A stretch of 60,586 nt of DNA, counting the filler. It is 6 parts of 6 records of this genome, joined end to end, with 100 filler letters (N's around TTAATTAATTAA, not from the genome) between each part and the next. Parts side by side here need not be neighbours in the genome. Positions count along the whole stretch, not along the records: positions 1 to 15,850 come from DRR723986_13579; positions 15,951 to 29,083 come from DRR723986_13582; 4 more parts are not named here. One strand, 5' to 3'. The notes under the pieces are model-generated. The model had not been told where the DNA came from. It worked only from the letters and a program-made list of their open reading frames with translations, and searched no databases. A program made the translations under genes and the position numbers. Of this stretch, positions 10,282-19,670 are shown in pieces; positions within the stretch are counted from its first letter, which is position 1; every line of letters begins with the position of its first letter.

Positions 10282-10604
10282 AGTTAATCTCCGATTTATA
10301 GTCACGTAATAGATACGTAGATACAGGGGGTTAAAATTATGCAGGGGCTCGTCGAGCGAATTCAGATTTCATGCACTTTGGGGACTTTGCACCAGCGGCA
10401 GTCAAACTGAATTCAGCCTGCAGTTTGCCCGCACCTGCTGTTGCCGATCGGCAAAACAGCGGGAATGAGCTTCTGCTTGTTAACAGATGTGGTTTGTACA
10501 GAAAAACAAGTACTATATGCGTTTTCCGGCGGCCGGCGGTTTACCTTGCTCTAAGGTCAAGAGTTTAACACCGGCCGGGCACACTTTAGCAAATGCAGGC
10601 TGGA

Positions 10605-10985
10605 TTAGCCGCACTTGTATTCAATCTTGACTTTGATAACTAACTTGTTTGTGCTGCGGCAGGCCCAGGTGTAGTCAACAAGGCGGCAACTGCCTTCATC
10701 ACAACCGTTTTCGATGCAGCAGCGTTTGAACTGCTCACAAAAGCGGTTTGCAATCTCTTGCGCCGCTTCTTTAATACGCTCTTCTGGAACTGAATCACAG
10801 TCATGTGCCCAAAAACTTTGGGTGAACGTTGAAGTTCCCGAAAGTGGGCAGTCAATTTTGGCACAGTCGAAGTCCCAAATATATGGTGCTACAGCACTAA
10901 TGTCCGGCGATGGCGCGGTAGCTTGTGCCGTGCTGAAAGAAAGGGCGGCAACAACAAGTATGGCAAGCGAGAATATCGTCTTCAT
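10605..10985 (-). CDS. Secreted cysteine-rich protein, paralog 2 of 4 (10 Cys)
   Basis: ATG 10985 (MKTIFSLAILVVAALSFSTAQA); 126 aa; same Cys framework. Confidence 0.85.
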   Translation of the reverse strand: MKTIFSLAILVVAALSFSTAQATAPSPDISAVAPYIWDFDCAKIDCPLSGTSTFTQSFWAHDCDSVPEERIKEAAQEIANRFCEQFKRCCIENGCDEGSCRLVDYTWACRSTNKLVIKVKIEYKCG

Positions 10986-11157
10986 GTTAAAAGTCCAATT
11001 TTGCGTGAATGATTGGCATTTGTATGGTTCGTGCTGAACCAGAAACTTCTGAACACTGGGCCGCAACACGCCTGACGTCAATTGCGGCCTCTAATACAGT
11101 GTTTTATTAATCGCGGGTATGTTAATCAAGTACTGATGTCAAAGCCACAAAGAGCGA

Positions 11158-11538
11158 TTAGCCGCACTTGTATTCGACTTTAACATAAATCACCAGGCGA
11201 TTGTCGCTCAGGCACTCGTACTTGTAGCCTACCATTCTGCAGCGGCTCTCGTCACAACCAGCCTCTTTACAGCAGTCGTGGAAAGCTGAACAAAAGCGCT
11301 TGGCAATATCGTTGGCAGCTTCTTTGATGCGAGCTTCCGGCACTGAACGGCAGTCGTGTGCCCAAAATGCCTGGCGCAGAATTGTCGAACCCGAAATCGG
11401 GCAAGCAAAATCGGCACAGTCAATGTCCCAGGCGTGCGGTAGTTCGGCTACGATATCTGGTGATGGCGCGGTAGCCTGTGCAACTGAAAATGATAATCCG
11501 GCGACAAGCAAAAAACAAAGTGATAATAGCGTTTTCAT
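11158..11538 (-). CDS. Secreted cysteine-rich protein, paralog 3 of 4 (10 Cys in mature part)
   Basis: ATG 11538 (MKTLLSLCFLLVAGLSFSVAQA); 126 aa; colinear with paralog 2 (ATAPSPDI, FWAHDC.SVPE.RIKEAA). Confidence 0.85.
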   Translation of the reverse strand: MKTLLSLCFLLVAGLSFSVAQATAPSPDIVAELPHAWDIDCADFACPISGSTILRQAFWAHDCRSVPEARIKEAANDIAKRFCSAFHDCCKEAGCDESRCRMVGYKYECLSDNRLVIYVKVEYKCG

Positions 11539-11680
11539 GTGTGGTCCAATGTTACAGTGTAATAGAACAAGAATATGAATTGGGATCTGAATTGAAAAGG
11601 CTGTCAATCATCCGGCGCTCAATTATGCCCACAGAAGCTCTGCAGGCACCCAGGAGCGCCGGACTGTTAACATCTATGCA

Positions 11681-12085
11681 TCATTCGCACTTGAATTCAA
11701 CTTTAACTGAAATGCAGAGGCGCGTTTTTGTAATGCAGTCTGAGCGGAAACCAACCATGCGGCAGGAACCTTCGTCACAACCATTGGCAACACAGCACTC
11801 TTTGAAGCGTGCACAGATGCGGCTGGTCAGTTGTTTTGCTGCGGCTTCAATGCGGTCATCACCGATCTCACCACAATTGTCAACGTTGTAATACTGCGTA
11901 AATACGCGTGTACCGGAAATTGGGCAATCAAACGCGCCACAGTCAATTGCAGGTGAATAATCTCCGTCGGCTACGAGGTCTGCCTGAACAAGCGGTGACA
12001 TCGGAACAGTTGGTTCAACAGCATTGGCGGTGCCAAATGATACAGCAAAAACAAGCATTGCGGCAAGGGTAAGTAAGGCTTTCAT
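11681..12085 (-). CDS. Secreted cysteine-rich protein, paralog 4 of 4 (11 Cys)
   Basis: 134 aa; signal peptide MKALLTLAAMLVFAVSFGTANA; AGGA SD; same Cys framework. Confidence 0.85.
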   Translation of the reverse strand: MKALLTLAAMLVFAVSFGTANAVEPTVPMSPLVQADLVADGDYSPAIDCGAFDCPISGTRVFTQYYNVDNCGEIGDDRIEAAAKQLTSRICARFKECCVANGCDEGSCRMVGFRSDCITKTRLCISVKVEFKCE

Positions 12086-13688
12086 ATCGGATAGTCCTAA
12101 ATGAGTGGAATGAACAGAAAGTGATTTAAAGAAAAACAGGCAGCGTATTACTTGCTGCCCGTATTCGATGTATTAGTAGATTTTCTTTTAGCACAGTCGC
12201 CCAATGACTCCAAACAAGAACATGCGCATAAACAGACCGCCAAAATGTGATGTACACCGTTCAGCGTAGGTAAACACTTCACATTATGTGCTGATCGTTT
12301 AAGCATTTGTGTAGTTGAAGTACAGGTCATAAAAATCGGGTCAAAATGTTCAGTTTTGTGAATCCGGTCCATTGCTGGACTCTGCCGGCGCATCTGCACA
12401 GCGCCACAAAATTTCACGAAAGCAGCAGTATGGAACTGCAACACATGTGTATCTTAACTCAATGTCGCTCTATTAAACACTTTCGGATCTCTGCGTACTT
12501 CTCCCCCTACCCGCATAGTTGTAGCGAGGCAGACACAGATGCTCCTTTGAGCGTTATCGTCCTTAAGTGTTTACAGCATGTACAGCACGAGTAATACCCG
12601 CCGGCCACATGCTCTGATGCCAGTCCCAGCCGCGAATTGACAGTAATTGTCAGCGCTCACCCGCTGGTACCTACGAACAAACAAATGCGTTAATTCTTAA
12701 ACAAGTGCAGTATTAACAACATTTGCTCTCGCAGGCAATTGGCTCAATACGTAAATGGCGACACACCGCACCAGAAGTGTTCCTGGCTTCGGTTTAGGCC
12801 TTTTACACGCTTAATCTATTAATTGAGCGTAACGCATTACGTTCAACGTGTTGTAGTAAAATATTCACAATCGGAATTCCCGCTATACTGTGGAATGTTG
12901 TACGCGCAGACAGGAAATCCGGCAGTTGTGAATGTAGCAGTGAATGCGAGTCGAATTGGTATTAAGACTATGGCAGTCCTTTCAAACCCGCATCCTATCT
13001 CAATGGATTATTAGTTGATGTGTATGTTTATCCAGGCAGTGGCTAAAACATGCTTCAATGTTACAAAACCGATCAGGAACATGCAAGCACTTTTTGTTTT
13101 TAATGCAAATTAAGCCGATTTCATGTCTGCCACGCTACATTTTCGGAACAGCCTCCAAGCTCGGGATGCGCCAACTTAACATCCTTTCCACACTCCGTAC
13201 CCAGCTGCAATGCACGCTTTGAGCCCTTGCCTCACCTACTTTCGGCAGTGGTCTCAGGCTTGGATGTTCTTCATGTTTTGCACCGAAGCACAAGCCTCAG
13301 GAATTTATGCCTGCCTCAAAGCCTATAGCCCGCAGTCCCAAAATCCACAGCCGGCCGGCAGTCGCGACTATCAAACAAAGATCCACAAACATTCAAATCT
13401 GACAGGTATTATCCATACAAGCTAAAAGCCATCGTCTTAACCGCTCAGTCAACAAACGCACATTCTCCGAGCAGCCCCCCCAAAGCAAAAGATGCCCGTG
13501 CCTCAACGTCAATTGTGATGTTCCAGAGTATCAGCTTGTAGCCGCACTGCAAACTGAACGGCTCTGTGCCGGAAGACAGGCTACGTGGCTTGCAATTCCA
13601 GCTACAATGACTAAACAGAAAATCAAAAAGCCTGAGGCCGCCGGCGGAGCCAAGGACTCAAAGCGCTCAGAAAAGGAATTCAGCAGCC

Positions 13689-14213
13689 CTACTCCGCCAG
13701 AAGATATTCGGCCTCCCGGCTTTCCAGATTGCCGGCATCGTCCGTGAGATCCGTAACACCGTTTAAGTAAAAACCTAAGTGTTCCAGCAAAGCGATCGAT
13801 GGCAAATTGCGCGTATCAACCGTAGCGCGAAAACGTTTGATCGGAAAGTCCGACCGCAAAATTGTTAACATTTTTTGGCTCGCCTCACGCGCATAGCCGC
13901 GCCCTTGGAACTGCGTAAATATTACATAAGCAATATCACATTCCAGATTCTGTTTAACAGTCGCCTGTACAAAACCGATATATTCCGAGTTTGTGCGCAA
14001 ACGTATCGCCCAGTTTAACCAGGCCTCCTTGCCGTCCGGCGACTTGCCTCCGGCTAAAAATGAATAACGTTTATGGAGTGCCGCCTCGCTCTCCGGTGCT
14101 TTGCCGTCCATAAATTGATACAGTGCAGGATTCTGCAGGCCCACGATCAGAAGTGCCGCATGTTCGGCCTGAATTCTTTCCAGCATTAAACGTTCAGTTT
14201 CGTAAACCAGCAT
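13689..14213 (-). CDS. GNAT family N-acetyltransferase (RimJ/RimL type)
   Basis: ETERL.L N-terminus, FQGRGYAREA acetyl-CoA motif, N.PSIALLEHLGF. Confidence 0.85.
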   Translation of the reverse strand: MLVYETERLMLERIQAEHAALLIVGLQNPALYQFMDGKAPESEAALHKRYSFLAGGKSPDGKEAWLNWAIRLRTNSEYIGFVQATVKQNLECDIAYVIFTQFQGRGYAREASQKMLTILRSDFPIKRFRATVDTRNLPSIALLEHLGFYLNGVTDLTDDAGNLESREAEYLLAE

Positions 14214-14347
14214 TTAGAGCCTGTTTTGAAAGGATGCACATAAAATTCGGCAACAAATGTGTACCGACCCCGCAATTCAAGCCTGTAATTTGTAACTTGC
14301 ACCTGCAACAAACAAATGTGTTTATATTATTAAGCAAGGAATTGAAG

Positions 14348-14653
14348 ATGACGATTGCACAGGTAGAGTACACCGTCCGCCCCGAGTTTGTGGACCAGAA
14401 TCGACAAAATATAGAGAACGTTATGGCTGCCCTGCGCGCCAGGCCAATTGCGGGAATTACCTATTTCGCTGCGCTCAAGGAAGACGGAAAAACGTTTGTC
14501 CACGTAAATCTTATGCAGTCCGACGCGGCCGCGGCTGAGTTCAGAAAACTGGCGGAGTTTATGACATTCCGCACTGAATTACAGGCCAGTCAGCCGGAAG
14601 TAGCGCCTGCAGCCGAGCACTGGGGCCTGGTTGCCACCAGTTTTGAGCTATGA
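14348..14653 (+). CDS. Small hypothetical protein, probable ABM-like (dimeric alpha-beta barrel) fold
   Basis: AAGGA SD before ATG 14348; V.YTVRPE...N...I..VM..L...Y......DGKTFVH pattern. Confidence 0.6.
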   Translation: MTIAQVEYTVRPEFVDQNRQNIENVMAALRARPIAGITYFAALKEDGKTFVHVNLMQSDAAAAEFRKLAEFMTFRTELQASQPEVAPAAEHWGLVATSFEL

Positions 14654-14816
14654 TTTAGAAACGGGAGCGCTCAATTGGCTTGTTTTTAATACATGTTTTT
14701 GTCTATCCTTGCTCTGTGCCACATGCCGGGTGGGCGCCTTAAACGCTTAACACCAAGTATTGCACTGGGCATTACGCTGGGCATTGCTCGAACTATGTAC
14801 ATTGCAAGGATATCGC

Positions 14817-15623
14817 GTGAAGTTCTGGACCGCTTTCCTACTCACTATTACATTAAACTGTGTGCCTGACGCAGCCCTGGCACAGTCGCCCTACGAACTC
14901 AGTTGGGGCCAGGATCTTGGACTGGGTGCGGGCGGACTGGGGCTTTACCTTGGTGGAAGGTCTCTAAAGAGCTCGGTTAAAACTCTCAACGAAGCCGGAC
15001 TGCGCGACTATAACTCTGCGGATATTAACGCCTTTGACAGGTTTGCGAGCAGACAAAACAGCGCGGCGGCGGCTACGGCCAGCGACGTCTCACTTAACAT
15101 TTCGATTCTGCCAATGTTCGCATTGTTAATTGATAGCAGCATGCGCGCGGACGTGTTAACAATTGGTGTGATGGCACTCGAAGTAGCTACGATCACAGAG
15201 GGACTCAGCAATATTAGCAAGACGACAGTTTTGCGCGAACGCCCAATTGTTTACAAATCTGAGACGTTCGAGTCTGTGCAGCACAGTCCTGAGGCACGTC
15301 TGTCGTTTTTCTCGAGTCACACGGCCAATTCGGCCGCTTATTCATTTTTTGCCGCCAAGGTTTTCAGCGATTATTACCCAGATTCAGATTACGGCAGCTA
15401 CGTTTGGATCGCCGCTTTTACGCTGCCGGCAATTACGGGAATGTTAAGAGTTGCCGCGGGCAAACACTTCCCCAGTGACGTGATTAGCGCTTACGTGGTT
15501 GGTGGGTTGATTGGATATTTTGTCCCGCAGTTACATCGCCGTTCCCAGGAACAGGCGGGGTTATCACTTGCGGCTTCGTTCGGGGACTCTGCGCTAGTTT
15601 GTCGATTGACAGTTGTGCTCTAA
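14817..15623 (+). CDS. PAP2 family phosphatase
   Basis: K-x6-RP (KTTVLRERP), SFFSSH and RVAAGKHFPSDV motifs; probable GTG start with signal peptide. Confidence 0.85.
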   Translation: MKFWTAFLLTITLNCVPDAALAQSPYELSWGQDLGLGAGGLGLYLGGRSLKSSVKTLNEAGLRDYNSADINAFDRFASRQNSAAAATASDVSLNISILPMFALLIDSSMRADVLTIGVMALEVATITEGLSNISKTTVLRERPIVYKSETFESVQHSPEARLSFFSSHTANSAAYSFFAAKVFSDYYPDSDYGSYVWIAAFTLPAITGMLRVAAGKHFPSDVISAYVVGGLIGYFVPQLHRRSQEQAGLSLAASFGDSALVCRLTVVL

Positions 15624-15657
15624 CGGTTTTGTGATTAAAGCCGCCGCATCGGCCCTG

Positions 15658-15850
15658 AAATCACAGCGCCCCCTGGGCAGCAATTTATTGATCAAAAACA
15701 TTGGTGTCAGTACAGAAAAATTCAGCGGTGCAGTATTCGGGGTAAGCGCGATTGGCAACGCGAACAGTCGCAAAATCACAGCGCCCCCTGGGCAGCAATC
15801 TAAATTCCCCGAGCCTCCCTGTCAACGCCAAAGAACTCAGCGGCACAGTA
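15658..15850 (+). repeat. Degenerate 115-bp-period direct repeat at contig end
   Basis: AAATCACAGCGCCCCCTGGGCAGCAAT is exact at 15658-15684 and 15773-15799. A second block (tgtca...aattcagcggtgcagta / tgtca...aactcagcggcacagta) also recurs 115 nt apart. Confidence 0.75.
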
Positions 15851-15950
15851 NNNNNNNNNNNNNNNNNNNNNNNNNNNNNNNNNNNNNNNNNNNNTTAATT
15901 AATTAANNNNNNNNNNNNNNNNNNNNNNNNNNNNNNNNNNNNNNNNNNNN
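15851..15950. other. Artificial contig-joining spacer
   Basis: N-run with central TTAATTAATTAA. Confidence 0.97.
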
Positions 15951-15951
15951 A

Positions 15952-16296
15952 CACGAATTCTCCGGCGGCCAGCGCCAGCGTATTGCCATAGCACGCGCGC
16001 TGGTTCTCCAGCCAGACCTGATGATTCTGGATGAACCCACCTCCGCCCTGGACAGAACGGTACAGAAGCAGGTGATCGAGCTTTTACGGGAAATTCAGGC
16101 CCGATATAGGCTAAGCTACATCTTTATAAGTCATGATCTGGCCGTTGTTCGCGCACTCAGCCACAAACTGCTGGTACTCAGGCAAGGCCGGATTGTGGAA
16201 TACGGCGATGCAGAGACCATTTTCCGGGAACCGCAACAGCCGTATACCCGGGAACTGCTGAATGCCGCATTTTTCTATCAGTCTACGACCAATTGA
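15952..16296 (+). CDS. yejF: Peptide/microcin C ABC transporter ATP-binding protein, C-terminal fragment
   Basis: HEFSGGQRQRIAIARAL...ILDEPTSALD...FISHDL; open to the contig edge; upstream of fabI as in many gammaproteobacteria. Confidence 0.75.
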   Translation, partial: HEFSGGQRQRIAIARALVLQPDLMILDEPTSALDRTVQKQVIELLREIQARYRLSYIFISHDLAVVRALSHKLLVLRQGRIVEYGDAETIFREPQQPYTRELLNAAFFYQSTTN

Positions 16297-16363
16297 GCGT
16301 TACCCGACCCTGACAGGTCGGGGATAATGCGCCGAAACCACGGAACACAGGGAGCAGAAACCC

Positions 16364-17149
16364 ATGGGAATCCTCAGTGGCAAAAAAGCACTGATTGTTG
16401 GCGTCGCCAGCAAACATTCCATTGCCTACGGCATTGCCGAGGCCTTCGCTCGTGAAGGCGCCGAAATGGCCTTCACCTATCAGAACGAGAAACTGCAGTC
16501 CCGCGTTGAGAAGTTTGCGGAACAGTGGGGCAGCAAACTGACTTTCCCCTGTGACGTCGCCAGCGACGAGCAGATTGACCAGGTATTCGAGCAACTGGGC
16601 AAACACTGGCACAACATCGACATCATCATCCATGCGGTTGGTTATGCCCCAGCCCATGAGCTGGATGGAAACTACGTGGACGTCACCACCCGTGACGGAT
16701 TCCGGATTGCCCACGATATCAGCTCATACAGTTTCGTGGCCCTCGCCAAGGGCGCGCGCAAGATGATGCACGAAGGCAGCAGTCTGCTGACCCTGAGCTA
16801 CCTGGGCGCCGAGCGGGTGCTGCAGAACTACAACGTGATGGGTCTGGCCAAGGCGTCTCTCGAAGCCAACGTACGCTATATGGCCGCCAGCCTGGGCAAG
16901 GAAGGCATCCGGGTGAACGGTATCTCAGCGGGCCCGATCAAGACCCTGGCCGCTTCAGGCATCAAGAGCTTCCGCCGCATGCTGGCCGAGAACGCCAAGC
17001 AGGCCCCCCTGCGTCGTAACGTGACCACAGAAGAAGTCGGCAACGCCGCCGCCTTCATGTCGTCCGACCTGGCCTCAGGCATCACCGGTGAAATCCTGTA
17101 CGTGGACGGTGGTTTCAACATCACCGGCATGGCGGAGATGGACGCCTGA
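16364..17149 (+). CDS. fabI: Enoyl-ACP reductase FabI
   Basis: [42 protein letters not shown] motifs. Confidence 0.96.
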   Translation: MGILSGKKALIVGVASKHSIAYGIAEAFAREGAEMAFTYQNEKLQSRVEKFAEQWGSKLTFPCDVASDEQIDQVFEQLGKHWHNIDIIIHAVGYAPAHELDGNYVDVTTRDGFRIAHDISSYSFVALAKGARKMMHEGSSLLTLSYLGAERVLQNYNVMGLAKASLEANVRYMAASLGKEGIRVNGISAGPIKTLAASGIKSFRRMLAENAKQAPLRRNVTTEEVGNAAAFMSSDLASGITGEILYVDGGFNITGMAEMDA

Positions 17150-17173
17150 TCGGTTCCTGACTTCCGCCATAGC

Positions 17174-17202
17174 AAAAGAGCCGGCGCGATGCCGGCTCTT
17201 TT
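17174..17202. terminator. Bidirectional intrinsic terminator
   Basis: aaaagagccggc-gcgat-gccggctctttt perfect inverted repeat between convergent fabI and PilZ genes. Confidence 0.85.
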
Positions 17203-17205
17203 CGT

Positions 17206-17622
17206 TCAGCTTTCCGATAGCGCCCTGGCAACCGCCTCGATCCAGTCCAGGTAGTCGGTTTCATCGGACTCAAGTACCCGGACACCAATCAGGTAGCCCC
17301 ACTCAGCCTCGCGGCACCACATCACCTCAACACTCAGCCGGAAGTGCTGTGCGTGTTCGCCCAGACTTACTTCCGCAATCAAAATCGACCCGATACTGAG
17401 CGACTCCTCGCACAAAAGACTGATTCCACGCGCTGATATGTCACGCACCTGGCATTCCAGTCTGCCGGACACGCCATCCGGTGTAGTCGGCTCGACCTCT
17501 GGTTCCGGAGATTCCGGCAGTATCCAGGCCCGAGCCCGGGCCGTTAACCGATATTCCTCCCGAAGGTCTTTCCCTGACGGCAACTCGTCCTCTATTCCGA
17601 ACCCATAATCATCATCGATCAT
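17206..17622 (-). CDS. PilZ domain protein
   Basis: REEYR (RxxxR) and DISARG (DxSxxG) c-di-GMP motifs. Confidence 0.85.
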   Translation of the reverse strand: MIDDDYGFGIEDELPSGKDLREEYRLTARARAWILPESPEPEVEPTTPDGVSGRLECQVRDISARGISLLCEESLSIGSILIAEVSLGEHAQHFRLSVEVMWCREAEWGYLIGVRVLESDETDYLDWIEAVARALSES

Positions 17623-17630
17623 CGTTCACC

Positions 17631-19457
17631 TCAGTTCCGACCAACACGGATACGCCCGACAACGCGGCTCAGGGTGTCATCAAACTCGGCCGAACTACCA
17701 AGCACGCGAATTCGACCTTCCACGATTCCGTTAACCAGTTCGTCCTGGAGAAACTCCCGGCGATTGAGCCCCAGACGATCCACAAACACATATTTCCGCG
17801 AAGCAGAAATCTTGACGGCAAGCTTGAGCCGGACAGGGTCGTCATCCCGGGTTTCCTGAGTGAGCACAATCCAGCCGCCGAGCGCGATACCTTCAACCTG
17901 TTTGGTGGCCACCAGCTCTGCCTCTTTTCGCAAACGCTCCTGCTCTGCCTTTTCATCTGCCACCCTTTGGCGCTCGGCCTCTTCACGTTCCCGTTCGAGT
18001 GCCTGCTGGCGTGCAAGCTCCTCTTCCCGACGGCGTTGCTCGGCCGCTTCCCGTTCCTTCCGAAGCGCTTCGGCCCGGGCACGGGCTTCCTTGGCCGCTT
18101 TTTCACGCTGTTCCAGTTGCTTGGCGCATACTTTAGACAGCACTTCGAGGGTTTCGGCAAGCACCTGGCCAAAGGCTGTGGGCTCCGGAAGCGGCCTGAG
18201 TCCTCCGCTGGCAAGCTCGGCCTGGAATTCCTTCCAGGGCTGCAATCCAAGTTTGACACCGGCACCATTGGTCCAGAGCACTTCTCCGCTGTCAGGTAAC
18301 AGAGCAAAGAAGAAACGTCGCTGCTCCCGTGCACCCTCACCCTCTACAAACCACTGACCGACCAGAAGTTCAGATTCATCGGCCGGCACCGGCTCATTCA
18401 CCAGCCAACTGCTATCCCAGGAAAAATCGGAATCGGGCGAAAGCGCAGGCTCCAGTTCTGGTGTTTCCCCTCGAATTCGAGCCACAATCACCGCCTGAAT
18501 CTCGTGCAATGCCTGTTCGGGAGCACCCTCACCCAGGGCTCGGGTCCAGACATCGCGGACACGGTCGCCGAGTTGCTCTCCGACGTGATACAACCGGTTA
18601 CGATCGCGATCAGAAAGCTGGGGGTCGCCCACCCAGACCAGCCACTCCAGTAATTTGTTGGCGTGCCGATGCACTTCACTGTCCGCGCCTTCGGCCCAGA
18701 CACTCTGTTTCAACACCTTGTGCCAGTCGGTCAGGATAAAGCGGGTAATGGGCGGTGGTAGCTGACGGCCCGTCAAGGCGCGGCCAATCAGAGCCCTGGC
18801 CACCTGATCTGACAAACGCTGGCGTGAAGCCCCCTGCTCGGTTTCCAACAACCGTTCCCGGAGCCGCGCCACCTGATCATCCCGCTTTCGGGTATCGGCA
18901 AGCCATTGGCTGCAGTAGTGCTCCAGCGGATCGCGGCTGCCGGCCTCAAAGCTGCCGGATACAGTAATAACCAGGCTATCGAGCTGATCCAGCAATACGC
19001 GGGATGATCGACCACCGGTATCACTCCAGCCACGCCATTCCTGAAGGTTATCAAGCCAGTCCAGAAGCACCCCGCTGAACACCTCCGCACCACACAGATC
19101 CAGTTGCCATGCCAGCCAGAACCGCAAGCGCGCTATGCGCCCCACCAGGGCGGCATGCAGGCCTGAGGTTTTCAGGAAGACATCCATGATCCGGTCGGAG
19201 AGGTAGGCCGCATTCACCTGTCGGACGGTCCACTCAATCTGAACCGAACGCAGCACTTTGGTTACCCGCTCATCCCGCTGTTCCGTCCAGCAGGACATCA
19301 ATAAGGGACGCCAGTCCGGTTCCTGCTCCGGAGAAGACTTACTGGCGGGGTATGGCAGATCGGGCACCCGGATCCCGGACAGAACCTGGGTAATCCTTTC
19401 TGAAACCACCTTTCGGGAGGGAGCGACAGCCTGTGGTTTCGTTGATGAGGGCGACAT
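17631..19457 (-). CDS. DUF1631-family protein with charged coiled coil
   Basis: 608-aa ORF; C-terminal LKLAV......YVFVDRLG module typical of DUF1631; E/R/K-rich coiled coil. Confidence 0.65.
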   Translation of the reverse strand: MSPSSTKPQAVAPSRKVVSERITQVLSGIRVPDLPYPASKSSPEQEPDWRPLLMSCWTEQRDERVTKVLRSVQIEWTVRQVNAAYLSDRIMDVFLKTSGLHAALVGRIARLRFWLAWQLDLCGAEVFSGVLLDWLDNLQEWRGWSDTGGRSSRVLLDQLDSLVITVSGSFEAGSRDPLEHYCSQWLADTRKRDDQVARLRERLLETEQGASRQRLSDQVARALIGRALTGRQLPPPITRFILTDWHKVLKQSVWAEGADSEVHRHANKLLEWLVWVGDPQLSDRDRNRLYHVGEQLGDRVRDVWTRALGEGAPEQALHEIQAVIVARIRGETPELEPALSPDSDFSWDSSWLVNEPVPADESELLVGQWFVEGEGAREQRRFFFALLPDSGEVLWTNGAGVKLGLQPWKEFQAELASGGLRPLPEPTAFGQVLAETLEVLSKVCAKQLEQREKAAKEARARAEALRKEREAAEQRRREEELARQQALEREREEAERQRVADEKAEQERLRKEAELVATKQVEGIALGGWIVLTQETRDDDPVRLKLAVKISASRKYVFVDRLGLNRREFLQDELVNGIVEGRIRVLGSSAEFDDTLSRVVGRIRVGRN

Positions 19458-19628
19458 CCGTTACCTGTTGTCCTGAAGCGTTGAGAAGCGTTGAAAAGGG
19501 CCTGCAAATAACGCAGTATAACCAACTCGCCGGGGTTTACTGCAACCTAGTATCCCACTCGCACTTATTATTCAATCATCCGGACAAAAGAATGAATATA
19601 CCGGGTGAGGTAACGACAAGATTCGGGG

Positions 19629-19670
19629 AAGCACAACAAGATGTCGGGTAAGCACAACAAGATGTCGGGT
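19629..19670 (+). repeat. Exact 21-bp tandem duplication spanning the DAHP synthase start codon
   Basis: aagcacaacaagATGtcgggt x2 (19629-19649, 19650-19670). Confidence 0.9.

Noticed and set aside
9862-12085. Interpreting the Cys-rich paralogs as c-type cytochromes, ferredoxins or RiPP precursors
   Set aside because: No CxxCH or CxxCxxC motifs, they carry Sec signal peptides, and no modifying enzyme is adjacent.
12148-13425. Short ORFs (63-98 aa) in the long intergenic region, one Cys-rich
   Set aside because: No signal peptide, no match to the array's Cys spacing, mutually overlapping, and no convincing SD.
15658-15799. CRISPR array from the 27-bp direct repeat
   Set aside because: Only two copies, an 88-nt interval that is itself partly repeated, and no cas genes in view.
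15895-15906. TTAATTAATTAA palindrome as a biological site
   Set aside because: Occurs identically inside every N-spacer; it is a synthetic six-frame stop linker.
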